Origin: Salibacteraceae bacterium
Lineage (GTDB): Bacteria; Bacteroidota; Bacteroidia; Flavobacteriales_G; Salibacteraceae
Assembly: GCA_965661625.1 (NCBI GenBank)
Contig: CBFIEM010000011.1
Location: 26,148-90,147, forward strand
Length of the DNA stretch: 64,000 bases
Reading direction: 5' to 3'
The position numbers and the translations under genes were made by a program. The notes under the pieces are model-generated. The model saw only the letters and a list, made by a program, of their open reading frames with translations. It searched no databases and was not told the DNA's origin. Positions 27,849-37,724 of this stretch are shown piece after piece. Every line of letters begins with the position of its first letter. Position 1 is the stretch's first letter.

Positions 27849-28238
27849 ATGCAAGAAAAGAGAACACGACATAAGGCTTACAAGGTTCCAGACGGATACT
27901 TTAATCAGCTCGAACAGCAACTCAATACAATTCCCTGCATTCACACTTCCCATCAGCCTAAATATGTTACAAAGAATAGCGGATTGTTGGTATTTGCGAT
28001 TGCAGCATCTGTTTTAACATTGTTTGTTCTTTCTTATCAATTCGCAAGTAATAATCCTGAACAGGATGCAAAAGATTTGTTTGCATTAGAGTTTATCGAG
28101 ACTGAAGATTTAATTGAATACGCAATAATGCATTCGGAAGAACTTAATGAAGCACCTCAATCGGACGAGCTGATCATTTCTTATTTGTTGGATGAAAATG
28201 TTGAAGTTGTCACAATCTCAGATGAATTTCTAAAATGA
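27849..28238 (+). CDS. single-pass membrane protein, candidate anti-sigma factor
   Basis: 129 aa with one TM segment ('LLVFAIAASVLTLFVL'), directly downstream of the ECF sigma gene. The call rests on position only. Confidence 0.35.
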   Translation: MQEKRTRHKAYKVPDGYFNQLEQQLNTIPCIHTSHQPKYVTKNSGLLVFAIAASVLTLFVLSYQFASNNPEQDAKDLFALEFIETEDLIEYAIMHSEELNEAPQSDELIISYLLDENVEVVTISDEFLK

Positions 28239-28675
28239 AGACCATGAGAACACTCTTATTTGCAACATTTTTAGTGCTGAGTATTACAAGCTTCAGTCAA
28301 GATCATAGGTATGATCAAATTCAGGCTTTAAAAGTAAGCTTCATAACTCAAAAAGTTGACTTATCGCCTCAGCAAGCTCAAGAATTCTGGCCAATATATA
28401 ATCAAATGAGTGCTGAAATTGAAGCTTTACGAGCCAAGCGAAAATCTGCATTTAAGGCTGGGCAGCAGCAACTTAAAAGCCAATCTGATGAACAGATTGA
28501 AGCCTTGATCCAGTTAAAATTTCAGACCGAAGAAAAAGAACTAATTATTCGGAAGGCGTACCACAATAAATTCAAGGCAGTATTAGAAATGCATCAAATT
28601 GCTGAACTTTACATCGCGGAAAAAGAATTTAAACGACATCTAATTGAACGACTTAAGCGAAGTGGGAAAAGCTGA
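28235..28675 (+). CDS. secreted helical protein (Spy/CpxP/LTXXQ-like)
   Basis: Signal peptide. 'DLSPQQAQEFWPIYNQ' is an LTXXQ-like motif. Lys/Glu-rich helical composition. 4-nt overlap with the upstream ORF. Confidence 0.4.
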   Translation: MKTMRTLLFATFLVLSITSFSQDHRYDQIQALKVSFITQKVDLSPQQAQEFWPIYNQMSAEIEALRAKRKSAFKAGQQQLKSQSDEQIEALIQLKFQTEEKELIIRKAYHNKFKAVLEMHQIAELYIAEKEFKRHLIERLKRSGKS

Positions 28676-29894
28676 CCAACATCATTCTAATATTCTAAAT
28701 TCATCGCTTAATGATTACAGGGAAGGAATCGCGAAGACTTCTCCATTTCCTATTGATTTCGAAGCAGATTACGCACGCGGATGTTGGATTTATCATAAAT
28801 CAGGTGAAAAATACCTTGATTTAACTTCTGGTATAGGTGTTTCCAATTTTGGACACGGACATCCGGAAATAACGGCAGCCATCCACCAACAGGTCGATAG
28901 ACACCTCCATGTTATGGTGTTCGGAGAATTCATTCAAGATGCTCAGCTTAAGCTAGCCAAAAATCTTCAAAAATTATTTCCTTCCAATTTAAATCAATTA
29001 TACCCTGTTAACTCTGGAACCGAAGCAGTAGAAGCCGCATTGAAGTTGGCAAAAAGAGCAACGGGAAGAACAGAGATCATCTCACTGCATAGAGCTTACC
29101 ATGGTTCTACTCATGGCTCTCTGAGTGTGAGCGGAAATGAACAAAAAAAAAGGGCATTCAGACCACTACTCCCAAGCGTGAAGTTCATTGATCATGATGC
29201 AGTAGATCAGCTCAATCAAATCACTTCAAATACAGCTTGTGTTATCGTTGAATTAGTACAAGGAGATGCAGGTGTTAGAATTGCAAGTAAGCGATGGGCA
29301 AAAGCACTTTCGGAACGCTGTAAAGATGTTGGTGCGCTATTAATTGTTGATGAAATCCAAGCTGGAATGGGCAGAACAGGAGCCTATTTTTCATTTCAAC
29401 ATTATGATGTACACCCTTCAATTGTAGTTTTGGGAAAAGCCATGGGGGGAGGAATGCCTATTGGTGGAGTTGTTGCAAATCATGCACTTCTAGAACTCTT
29501 TACCACAAAACCCATGCTGGGACACATCACTACTTTTGGAGGCCATCCCGTAAGTTGTGCTGCAGGTGCGGAAGCATGCAATATCTTGGCTAACGAAATT
29601 GATCTAGAGCAAGTTGAGCAAAAAGGGCTTTATATGGCTGAGCGTCTTAAGCATCCGCGTATTAAGAATGTTAGGCAAATTGGCTTGATGTTGGCAATTG
29701 ATTTGGAATCAGCAGATCAAGTAGATGCACTGTTTAACTACTGCTTAAGCAAAGGAGTTTTTATTTTTTGGTTCCTTTCAACTGACTATGCTTTTCGCAT
29801 TGCTCCTCCTCTAACCATTTCGTATGATGAAATTGACTTCGGATTACAAGTAATCCTTGATGGATTAAATCACAATCAAGTTGCATCTGATTAA
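28644..29894 (+). CDS. class III PLP-dependent aminotransferase (acetylornithine/GABA aminotransferase family)
   Basis: 'NSGTEAVEAALKLA', 'DEIQAGMGRTG' and 'GKAMGGGMP'. Start uncertain: TTG 28644 or in-frame GTG 28662. Confidence 0.8.
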   Translation: MNDLSEVGKADQHHSNILNSSLNDYREGIAKTSPFPIDFEADYARGCWIYHKSGEKYLDLTSGIGVSNFGHGHPEITAAIHQQVDRHLHVMVFGEFIQDAQLKLAKNLQKLFPSNLNQLYPVNSGTEAVEAALKLAKRATGRTEIISLHRAYHGSTHGSLSVSGNEQKKRAFRPLLPSVKFIDHDAVDQLNQITSNTACVIVELVQGDAGVRIASKRWAKALSERCKDVGALLIVDEIQAGMGRTGAYFSFQHYDVHPSIVVLGKAMGGGMPIGGVVANHALLELFTTKPMLGHITTFGGHPVSCAAGAEACNILANEIDLEQVEQKGLYMAERLKHPRIKNVRQIGLMLAIDLESADQVDALFNYCLSKGVFIFWFLSTDYAFRIAPPLTISYDEIDFGLQVILDGLNHNQVASD

Positions 29895-29937
29895 TTAGCT
29901 TTTGACTAACTTGTTTCTTCACTAAGTTGAATCCCAC

Positions 29938-30360
29938 ATGAAGGTCGTTCCTAGTAAAAAAGAGTACAAAAAAGAAGAATTGGTAATCACATGGTCTGCT
30001 CATCGGTGCATCCATGCAGAAAAATGTTGGAGAGGTTTGCCAGAAGTATTTCAGTATGGCAAAAAGCCTTGGATTAATACTGATGGGGCTTCCATTGACC
30101 GCATTATGAATCAAATTGATCAATGTCCATCAGGTGCATTGGCTTACATTAATAACTCTTCCAACGAGGCAAAAACAGCCTCCAAAAATAAAATTTCGGT
30201 AGCGAAAAATGGGCCATTACTCATCAAAGGAAGTTTTGAAATCGAGCAAAATGGGAAAGTTATTCAAGAGGCTGGAAATGCTGCTTTATGCCGCTGTGGC
30301 GCTTCAAAACAAAAACCTTACTGCGATTTAAGTCACAAAGATTTAGCCTTTGACCACTAA
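29938..30360 (+). CDS. iron-sulfur protein: divergent 4Fe-4S mono-cluster domain fused to a CDGSH-type domain
   Basis: N-terminal 'CIHAEKCWRGLPEVF...CPSGAL' and C-terminal 'CRCGASKQKPYCDLSH' (CDGSH-like). Confidence 0.6.
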   Translation: MKVVPSKKEYKKEELVITWSAHRCIHAEKCWRGLPEVFQYGKKPWINTDGASIDRIMNQIDQCPSGALAYINNSSNEAKTASKNKISVAKNGPLLIKGSFEIEQNGKVIQEAGNAALCRCGASKQKPYCDLSHKDLAFDH

Positions 30361-30723
30361 TCAGAACTGATTTGAAGCCAACATTACAAGTGTACATCCC
30401 GTAACCACTTCAATACCCATTTCTTGAGCTTTTTGAATAAAGCGATCGTTCTCCGTTCCGGGGTTGAAAATGATTCGCTTGGGATTCAAGTGTAATACAT
30501 AAGGCACATACACATCCTGATTCATCGGTCCAACATAAAGGGTAACCGTGTGAACATCAGATATATCAGGAGTTCCGTGTTGAATTGGAACTCCAGCACA
30601 TGCTCCGTTTTTAATTCCAACACATACTACCTCTACCCTATTTTGTAATAGCCGCTCAGTAGCCAACCAAGCGTAACGAGATTCATTGGTTGTTGCACCA
30701 ATAACAAGCGTCTTTTTGTTCAT
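30361..30723 (-). CDS. CoA-binding domain protein (YccU/YneT-like)
   Basis: 120 aa. 'KTLVIGATTNESRYAW' and 'RIIFNPGTEN' resemble the small CoA-binding family. Confidence 0.55.
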   Translation of the reverse strand: MNKKTLVIGATTNESRYAWLATERLLQNRVEVVCVGIKNGACAGVPIQHGTPDISDVHTVTLYVGPMNQDVYVPYVLHLNPKRIIFNPGTENDRFIQKAQEMGIEVVTGCTLVMLASNQF

Positions 30724-30755
30724 GCTTTAAAACTAGCTATAATAGCTATTAGGGC

Positions 30756-30786
30756 AAAAAAAAAGCCCTACCGTTTGAGGTAGGGC
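30756..30786 (-). terminator. rho-independent terminator downstream of tRNA-Ser
   Basis: On the minus strand: GCCCTACC-TCAAAC-GGTAGGGC followed by 9 T. Confidence 0.75.
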
Positions 30787-30797
30787 TTCAATTTATG

Positions 30798-30885
30798 TGG
30801 CGGAGAGTGAGGGATTCGAACCCTCGATACCTCTCAGTATGCCGGTTTTCAAGACCGGTGCATTCGACCACTCTGCCAACTCTCC
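30798..30885 (-). tRNA. tRNA-Ser (anticodon UGA), CCA encoded
   Basis: 88 nt. Acceptor GGAGAGT/ACTCTCC, anticodon stem CCGGT/ACCGG with loop CTTGAAA, long variable arm, T-arm GAGGG-TTCGAAT-CCCTC, then G-CCA. Confidence 0.95.
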
Positions 30886-30968
30886 GCTGCAAAAGTATCT
30901 TTCCTTTTAATATTAGCAAGCAGTGAGACTGAAAATATTTATGATTTTTCTAAAGAAATTACATTCTT

Positions 30969-31676
30969 CTAAAAAGGGTTTGTGGCCCAAACACTTAGCT
31001 CAGGAATAAATCCACGCGGATCCATTCGCAATGCAGAAATAACAGCGTGGGCGATTTCAGTAGGTCGTAACTTATTGGGTTCTAGCGCTCGCTCACTCCT
31101 ATCCTCTTGATTAAAAGCGGTTGGAACCTCACTTGGGTTTACTAAGATAACCCGAACGTTATATGGACGCAATTCGGCTTGCCAACATTGGGTCATTCCT
31201 CGAAGAGCAAATTTTGAAGAAGCATAAACCGTACCCCTCGCGAATCCTTTGACTCCTGCACTCGATGCAATGTTAACAATGCTCCCACACTTTTGCTTTT
31301 TGAAAACTGAAGCAACCTTAGCAGTCAAAACTGCTACTCCAAACACATTGACCTCATATGTTTTCAGCATTGCCTCATGACTAACTTCGGTAACCTCAGG
31401 CCAATCATTACCAATCCCTGCATTGTTTATTAAAACATCAATCCGGCCATGTTTATCCATAATGGTATTAATACCGTTTTCTAAACTAGCTTCATCAGTC
31501 ATATCCGCATGCAATGGTTCAGCGCCCATTTCATTGGCTACTCGATTTAACTTCTGTTGGTCACGACCAGTTATGTAAACCACGGCCCTTTGTTCTATTG
31601 CTAATTCAGCCATTGCCTTACCTAAACCAGAGCTGCCTCCGGTAATCAATATTACTTGGTCTTTCATATGTTTCAA
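30969..31676 (-). CDS. short-chain dehydrogenase/reductase (SDR)
   Basis: 'ITGGSSGLGKA', 'NNAG' and 'YASSK' catalytic motifs. 235 aa. Confidence 0.85.
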   Translation of the reverse strand: MKHMKDQVILITGGSSGLGKAMAELAIEQRAVVYITGRDQQKLNRVANEMGAEPLHADMTDEASLENGINTIMDKHGRIDVLINNAGIGNDWPEVTEVSHEAMLKTYEVNVFGVAVLTAKVASVFKKQKCGSIVNIASSAGVKGFARGTVYASSKFALRGMTQCWQAELRPYNVRVILVNPSEVPTAFNQEDRSERALEPNKLRPTEIAHAVISALRMDPRGFIPELSVWATNPF

Positions 31677-31774
31677 TTATTTTGGTTTAAGTTCTTTACA
31701 GATATCTTGCATAATATTTTTCCGATACCTAAAAATTTCTGTTTAAGTAAACATGTTCCTGTAAATTTGTATCC

Positions 31775-33244
31775 ATGATACGATTTGTAGCAATTGGAAT
31801 AATAACACTTTTAGTGAATTTAGGTTTTACAAAACCTGTAAACGCCCAGAAGTTAGAAGCTTATATATATCAAGCATCGTTCTATAACGCTCAGGTTGGC
31901 CCCTACATGGAGGTTTACCTGCAAATAGACGGAAAAAGCTTATCCTATAAAAAGTCCGGTGAGGGGTTTCAAAGCAAACTTGAAGTAACTTATATCTTTC
32001 AACAAGACTCTCAGGTTGTACAATATGAAAAGTTCAACCTCCAAAGCCCTATCATATCCGATACATTAACATCAAACGACCTCATTGATGTAAAGCGTTT
32101 CCCACTGAAAAATGGAGACTACACACTCGATGTAGTGGTGTCTTACGAAGAAAAAGGTGTTGACCATGACCTAGAGGCATCTATCCCAATAACACAAAAC
32201 ATCAGTAATAAAGCGTTATCACTTTCAACACTTGTATTCTCAACTTCAATTGCGCCAGCTAAACAAGAAAATCCATTCAATAAAGGTGGACTTACGGTGA
32301 TTCCACGCCCTATTGATTTTTATGAAGATGAGCCTACCATACTTTTTTATGCGGAAGCATATCATTCAGACAAAATGCTAAGTGATACGGGAGCCTTCTT
32401 AGCCAAAGCCTTTCTGGAGCAAACCTCAACTGGACAAATTATCCCACAAACGGTCAGCTATAAACGACTTCAGTCTGCATCCTTGGTGCCGGTTGTTTTT
32501 GAGTTGCCTATTGAAGGAATTAAATCAAATTACTATGATTTAGTGTTAGAGTTAAGATCTAGGGACAATGTGGTTCTAATTGCATCTAAGGAGCGTATAA
32601 CGGTATCCAATACTCCAAAACAGCCTGAACCGATCAATTTTGATGAAACTCCAGTTAATCAAACATTCATAGGAAGTGTTACTTCTGTTGATTCAATGAG
32701 GTTTCTAGTGCAAACATTGAGGCCTAAGGCAAATCAAAGTGAAGTAAAGTATATTGATGGTCCTGCAAAAGGTGATGAACTCATTGGCCTCCAAAAGTTC
32801 TTCTACAGGTTCTGGCACACGCGAAATGCGACAAATCCCGAAGATGAATGGAACGCGTATTGGGAACTCGTAACCATTGTGAACAAAGAATATGGAACAC
32901 CCAGTAAGTATGGGTTCGAAACTGATCGTGGTGACCTCTACTTAAAATATGGCAAACCAAACACCATTATTAAGCGAGATAATGAAACCTCAGCTTACCC
33001 CTATCACATTTGGCATTACTACAGGCATCCTAAACAAAGCGATGCACGTTATATCTTCTATAATCCTGACTTAGTAACCAATGATTATACATTGCTTCAC
33101 TCCAATGTTATCGGAGAAATAAGCAATCATCGTTGGCAGATGGAGTTGCAGCGTAGAAATACTCCTTTCGGTACAACTGATGATGTATCTCCAGGGTCAT
33201 ATTATGGAAGCGAAGCAGAGCAGCTGTTCAATGCCCCACGCTAA
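31775..33244 (+). CDS. GWxTD domain-containing secreted protein
   Basis: Signal peptide. C-terminal 'YGFETDRGDLYLKYGKPN...YPYHIWHY' matches the GWxTD domain pattern. Confidence 0.6.
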   Translation: MIRFVAIGIITLLVNLGFTKPVNAQKLEAYIYQASFYNAQVGPYMEVYLQIDGKSLSYKKSGEGFQSKLEVTYIFQQDSQVVQYEKFNLQSPIISDTLTSNDLIDVKRFPLKNGDYTLDVVVSYEEKGVDHDLEASIPITQNISNKALSLSTLVFSTSIAPAKQENPFNKGGLTVIPRPIDFYEDEPTILFYAEAYHSDKMLSDTGAFLAKAFLEQTSTGQIIPQTVSYKRLQSASLVPVVFELPIEGIKSNYYDLVLELRSRDNVVLIASKERITVSNTPKQPEPINFDETPVNQTFIGSVTSVDSMRFLVQTLRPKANQSEVKYIDGPAKGDELIGLQKFFYRFWHTRNATNPEDEWNAYWELVTIVNKEYGTPSKYGFETDRGDLYLKYGKPNTIIKRDNETSAYPYHIWHYYRHPKQSDARYIFYNPDLVTNDYTLLHSNVIGEISNHRWQMELQRRNTPFGTTDDVSPGSYYGSEAEQLFNAPR

Positions 33245-33287
33245 TTGATTAAATCGAATAAACTAACATTGCACGAAAATCAATCTT

Positions 33288-34358
33288 TTGACCAATCCCA
33301 GTAATAATAATACGAATACAGCAATCGTATTACTTGCATATAACAGCCTCCAGTTAGTAAAGCAATTCCTCCCTAAAATAATTGATACAACTGCACACCG
33401 CAATGATGTTGACATTTGGGTGGTTGATAATGCTTCAACAGACAACACGGAGAAGTTTGTTAGGGAAAATTTTCCCGCTGTAAACTTATATGTGATTAAA
33501 GTTAACCATGGCTTCACAGGTGGTTATTCAGAGTCGCTCCCCCACATCTCTGCAGCAAATTATGTATTGATAAGCTCTGATATAGAAGTTGCTGACAACT
33601 GGTTTGACCCTGCCATTGAGCTATTAAATAGCGCTGATGACATTGCGGCAGTACAACCAAAAATTATGTCCTTTGATAATCGTAATTTATTTGAATACGC
33701 TGGTGCAGCGGGAGGCTTTATAGACGCACTTGGGTTTCCATTTTGTAGAGGTAGACTTGTCAATGCTGTGGAAGAGGACCATGGCCAATATGACAACGTA
33801 CAAGAAATATTTTGGGCCTCTGGAGCCTGTTTATTTGTTAAGGCAGACTTGTACCATAAGTCTGGTGGGTTGGACAATACCTTCTTTGCTCATATGGAAG
33901 AAATTGACCTGGCTTGGAGGTTTAAAAACATGGGCCACAGGGTGTTATTTCAGCCGGCTTCTAAAATATTTCATATGGGTGGGTATGTAATTGCCTATGG
34001 TAGCCCGGGGAAAGTTTTTAGAAACCACCGCAACAACCTCATAATGCTGTTCAAAAACAGCAGTTTAGCAAATTTTGCTTGGAAACTTCCAATTCGTTTA
34101 ATGCTTGACCATGTGGCTATTGTAAAAATGCTGTTGGATGGAAATCCAAAATCAAGCTTGGCCGTAGTTAGAGCTCATATCAGCTTTTTTGGCAATTTAG
34201 GTGTTTGGATTAAAAGTCGAAATCAAGTCAGAAAGCACTTTAAAAATCCCAATAGGTTTGGAATATACCGCGGAAGCCTCGTATGGAATTTTTACGTTAA
34301 GGGTATCCGGAAATTTTCTGACTTAAACTGGAATATATCATCCGCAACAAAGGACTAA
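33288..34358 (+). CDS. family 2 glycosyltransferase
   Basis: 'AIVLLAYNS', 'VVDNASTDNT' and 'SSDIEV' (DxD-like). TTG start taken from the track. Confidence 0.75.
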   Translation: MTNPSNNNTNTAIVLLAYNSLQLVKQFLPKIIDTTAHRNDVDIWVVDNASTDNTEKFVRENFPAVNLYVIKVNHGFTGGYSESLPHISAANYVLISSDIEVADNWFDPAIELLNSADDIAAVQPKIMSFDNRNLFEYAGAAGGFIDALGFPFCRGRLVNAVEEDHGQYDNVQEIFWASGACLFVKADLYHKSGGLDNTFFAHMEEIDLAWRFKNMGHRVLFQPASKIFHMGGYVIAYGSPGKVFRNHRNNLIMLFKNSSLANFAWKLPIRLMLDHVAIVKMLLDGNPKSSLAVVRAHISFFGNLGVWIKSRNQVRKHFKNPNRFGIYRGSLVWNFYVKGIRKFSDLNWNISSATKD

Positions 34359-34414
34359 CTTAAAGTTATGGTCAGCCCTTCTGTTTCGATATATTTGTGA
34401 GATAATACATAATC

Positions 34415-35191
34415 ATGAAAGTAGTCATTTTTGCAGGCGGTAAAGGAACTCGTATATCTGAGGAGTCTCACCTGAGACCAAAGCCAATGATAGAAGTTGG
34501 TGGTAAGCCCATTTTGTGGCATATCATGAAGATTTATGAGTCTTTTGGTCATAAAGAATTCATCATCTGTTTGGGGTATAAGGGGTACATGATCAAAGAG
34601 TATTTCTTAAATTACTACTTCCACAATGCTGATGTAACGGTAAACTTGGCTAATAATGAAGTTGAAGTTCATAAAAACAAAGCCGAATCCTTTAAGATTA
34701 CCCTCGTTGATACTGGCTTAGAAACCCTCACAGCCGGACGTTTAAAAAGGGTTCAACCGTACATTGGAAATGAAGACTTCATGCTTACTTATGGCGATGG
34801 AGTTGGAGATGTTGACATGAATGCTCAACTTAATTTTCATCAAAGCCATGGTAAACTTTGCACGATGACTATAGTTCAACCTGGAAGTAGGTTTGGAACC
34901 CTCGACTTATCGACCACGAACCAGGTGAACCAATTCATGGAAAAGCCTAAAGACGATGGAGCTTGGATAAACAGTGGCTTTTTTATTCTCAAACCTGAAG
35001 TATTTAACTATTTACATGACGATGCTGATGATGTGATGTGGGAGCGACAACCTTTGGAAGACATTACATCAGCTGGTGAACTAATGGCTTATAAGCATAA
35101 CGGGTTTTGGAAATGTATGGATACGATGCGAGACAATGTTGATTTAAACAAGATGTGGAACAATGAACCGGCTTGGAAAACGTGGGAATAG
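34415..35191 (+). CDS. rfbF: glucose-1-phosphate cytidylyltransferase
   Basis: 'MKVVIFAGGKGTRISEESHLRPKPMIEVGGKPILWHIMKIY' is a near-canonical RfbF/DdhA N-terminus. 258 aa. Confidence 0.9.
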   Translation: MKVVIFAGGKGTRISEESHLRPKPMIEVGGKPILWHIMKIYESFGHKEFIICLGYKGYMIKEYFLNYYFHNADVTVNLANNEVEVHKNKAESFKITLVDTGLETLTAGRLKRVQPYIGNEDFMLTYGDGVGDVDMNAQLNFHQSHGKLCTMTIVQPGSRFGTLDLSTTNQVNQFMEKPKDDGAWINSGFFILKPEVFNYLHDDADDVMWERQPLEDITSAGELMAYKHNGFWKCMDTMRDNVDLNKMWNNEPAWKTWE

Positions 35192-36261
35192 AAGAGCTTA
35201 AAAAACACTACCAAGGCAAACGCGTATTTATTACTGGTCATACTGGTTTTAAAGGGGCATGGCTTCTATTGGTGCTTCACCATATAGGCGCTCGTGTAAA
35301 AGGCTATTCTTTAGCACCTGAATCCAACAGTCTTTTCAATTCAATTGACGGAACTAGTTTATGCGAATCTGTAATAGGAGATATTCGGGATGAAAGGCAC
35401 TTGAGCGACGCTATTTTATCTTTCAATCCTGATTATATTTTTCACATGGCTGCTCAAGCGTTGGTATTAGATTCTTATGAGCAACCCGTAGATACATTTA
35501 GCACAAATATCATGGGAACAGTGCATGTATTGAATGTATTACGCAGTATGAAAACGCCTTGTAAAACAGTTATTATCACCACCGACAAAGTTTATGAAAA
35601 CCTAGAACGTCCAGAACCTTATCAGGAAAATGAGCGTCTGGGAGGATACGACCCCTACTCCAACTCAAAAGCTTGTGCCGAGCTCGTTACTGCGAGTTAC
35701 CGAAATTCGTTTTTCAATAAAAAAGACTTTCATTTACACTATCAGTCTATTGCTTCAGCACGCAGTGGTAATGTAATTGGCGGTGGAGACTGGAACGCGA
35801 ATAGAATCATTCCAGACTTAGCTAGGTCATTATCAAAAAACAATACGCTAATTGTGCGTAACCCTACGGCAGTTAGACCTTGGCAGCACGTGCTCGACCC
35901 CTTGCGCGGCTACCTCATGCTTGGGGCGCACATGAATGATAATCCTACCTCTTTCTCAGAGGCTTTCAATTTTGGACCAGAAGATGAAGATACCCTTACT
36001 GTCGAAGAGTTGATTCAAGTTGCTATTGATTCTTGGGGTGAAGGAACATATGAAATAGCCAAAAACATCGATCAGCCACATGAAGCCCATTTACTTCGTC
36101 TTGCTATTGGTAAGTCAAAGTCAATGCTCAATTGGCGTCCTACCTTCAAATCAAAAGAAGCTATTCGTTTTACGGTAGATTGGTACAAAAATTCACCTGG
36201 ATCAGAACGCGCATACTCTGAATTACAAATCCAACATTTTTTTCGCAATGAAACTAACTAA
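35173..36261 (+). CDS. rfbG: CDP-glucose 4,6-dehydratase
   Basis: 'VFITGHTGFKGAWL' and 'YSNSKACAE'. About 360 aa. The start overlaps the rfbF end; TTG 35173 or GTG 35182 are possible. Confidence 0.85.
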   Translation: MENVGIEELKKHYQGKRVFITGHTGFKGAWLLLVLHHIGARVKGYSLAPESNSLFNSIDGTSLCESVIGDIRDERHLSDAILSFNPDYIFHMAAQALVLDSYEQPVDTFSTNIMGTVHVLNVLRSMKTPCKTVIITTDKVYENLERPEPYQENERLGGYDPYSNSKACAELVTASYRNSFFNKKDFHLHYQSIASARSGNVIGGGDWNANRIIPDLARSLSKNNTLIVRNPTAVRPWQHVLDPLRGYLMLGAHMNDNPTSFSEAFNFGPEDEDTLTVEELIQVAIDSWGEGTYEIAKNIDQPHEAHLLRLAIGKSKSMLNWRPTFKSKEAIRFTVDWYKNSPGSERAYSELQIQHFFRNETN

Positions 36262-36784
36262 AACAAGTTTCGATGGACTCATCAAAGTCGATGGCTTTTT
36301 TGCAGCGGATAATCGCGGAAGTTTCACTAAGATGTTTCACCAAGAGGATTTTAACAAAGTAGTAGGCCCATTTGAAATTGCTGAAATTTATTATAGCACA
36401 AGCAACAAGAATGTAATTAGAGGAATGCACTTTCAACTTCCTCCGCATGAGCACAATAAATTCGTTTACTGCTCGCATGGATCAGTGTTAGATGTAGTTA
36501 TTGATTTGCGTAAAAATTCACCCACCTATCAAAACGTTTTTTCAATTCAAATTTCGTCTAAATTGAATAATGGATTGTTTATTCCTAAAGGGTTTGCTCA
36601 TGGTTTTTTAGCATTAGAACCTAACACTACCATGGTTTATCATACTTCTTCTGTATATAATCCAAGTTCTGATGCTGGAATCAGGTATGATTCAATCCCA
36701 TTTAACTGGCCTATTCAAAATCCAGTAGTGTCGGAACGAGACTTAAATTTAGACGCATTAAATTCATTTATATCCCCTTTTTAA
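36248..36784 (+). CDS. RmlC-like cupin sugar-nucleotide 3,5-epimerase
   Basis: 178 aa. 'DNRGSF', 'RGMHFQ' and 'FIPKGFAHGF' are RmlC-family motifs. Confidence 0.8.
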   Translation: MKLTKTSFDGLIKVDGFFAADNRGSFTKMFHQEDFNKVVGPFEIAEIYYSTSNKNVIRGMHFQLPPHEHNKFVYCSHGSVLDVVIDLRKNSPTYQNVFSIQISSKLNNGLFIPKGFAHGFLALEPNTTMVYHTSSVYNPSSDAGIRYDSIPFNWPIQNPVVSERDLNLDALNSFISPF

Positions 36785-36785
36785 T

Positions 36786-37670
36786 ATGCAACGAGTTCTA
36801 ATTCTAGGTGCAAGTGGTTTAGTTGGTGGTAATTGCAAACAATATTTTGAATCTACGGGCGCTTATGCCGTAAAGGGCACATTTTTTTCATATGAAGCAC
36901 CAGGCACTCATTTCTTTAATACTCTGAATTTAGAAGACCCGAAAAATTTTGATATCCAAGAGTTTAACCCGGATATCATTTTACACTGTGGAGCACTAAC
37001 GTGGGTAGATTACTGTGAAGAGCATGTGGATGAAAGTTATGAAAAGACTGTTCAGAGCACACTAAATGCGATAGAACTAGCAAAAGTTTACAATGCGAAA
37101 CTGGTCTACATTTCAACTGACTATGTTTTTGATGGAAAATCGGGACCATACAATGAGACTTTCCCCGTAAACCCACTGAGTATTTATGGAAAGCACAAAC
37201 TGGAGGCTGAACAAGAAGTTGAGCAGCTAAAGGAGCATTTAATTATCCGTATTACCAATGTATATGGTGATGAATTGCGCAACAAGAACTTTATAGCTCG
37301 CTTGCTAGAAATGCTGAAGGCCAATGAAGAAAAAACGATGACATTGCCTTTCGATCAATATGCAACGCCAGTGAATGCTGCCGACATTGCACGAGCCCTT
37401 CATTGTTTGTTACAGGATAAAAAGACCGGAACCTACAACATTGCAAGCACAGACTTTGTTAATCGGGTACAATTAGCGACTCACGTTTTGAAATATTTTC
37501 CAACGCATAAAATCACCATTGAGCCCGTTTCAACAGAACAATTGGCCCCGCCTGCAAAGCGTCCCCTTATTGGAGGTTTAATTTCAGCGAAATTTTTAAG
37601 AGAATATCCCAATTTCCACTTCACGAATGTGGATGACTATTTGAGAAAAAAAACGGGTGACCTGATTTAA
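36786..37670 (+). CDS. RmlD-like SDR sugar-nucleotide 4-ketoreductase
   Basis: 'VLILGASGLVGG', 'STDYVFDG' and 'YGKHK'. 294 aa. Starts 2 nt after the epimerase stop. Confidence 0.7.
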   Translation: MQRVLILGASGLVGGNCKQYFESTGAYAVKGTFFSYEAPGTHFFNTLNLEDPKNFDIQEFNPDIILHCGALTWVDYCEEHVDESYEKTVQSTLNAIELAKVYNAKLVYISTDYVFDGKSGPYNETFPVNPLSIYGKHKLEAEQEVEQLKEHLIIRITNVYGDELRNKNFIARLLEMLKANEEKTMTLPFDQYATPVNAADIARALHCLLQDKKTGTYNIASTDFVNRVQLATHVLKYFPTHKITIEPVSTEQLAPPAKRPLIGGLISAKFLREYPNFHFTNVDDYLRKKTGDLI

Positions 37671-37724
37671 TGATTGACAGAATTCGAATCCACCTATCTT
37701 CGCAAAACTTAGATTAAGCACTTT

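Noticed and set aside
30741-30755. Short palindrome TAGCTATAATAGCTA upstream of the CoA-binding protein gene as a regulatory site
   Set aside because: It is only 6-bp arms in AT-rich DNA. It is adjacent to the tRNA terminator, and I noticed no second copy in the window.
30798-30885. tRNA with the 'TGA' anticodon as a possible stop-codon suppressor
   Set aside because: Anticodon 5'-UGA-3' pairs with UCN serine codons, not with UGA stops. The long variable arm and overall fold are those of a normal tRNA-Ser.
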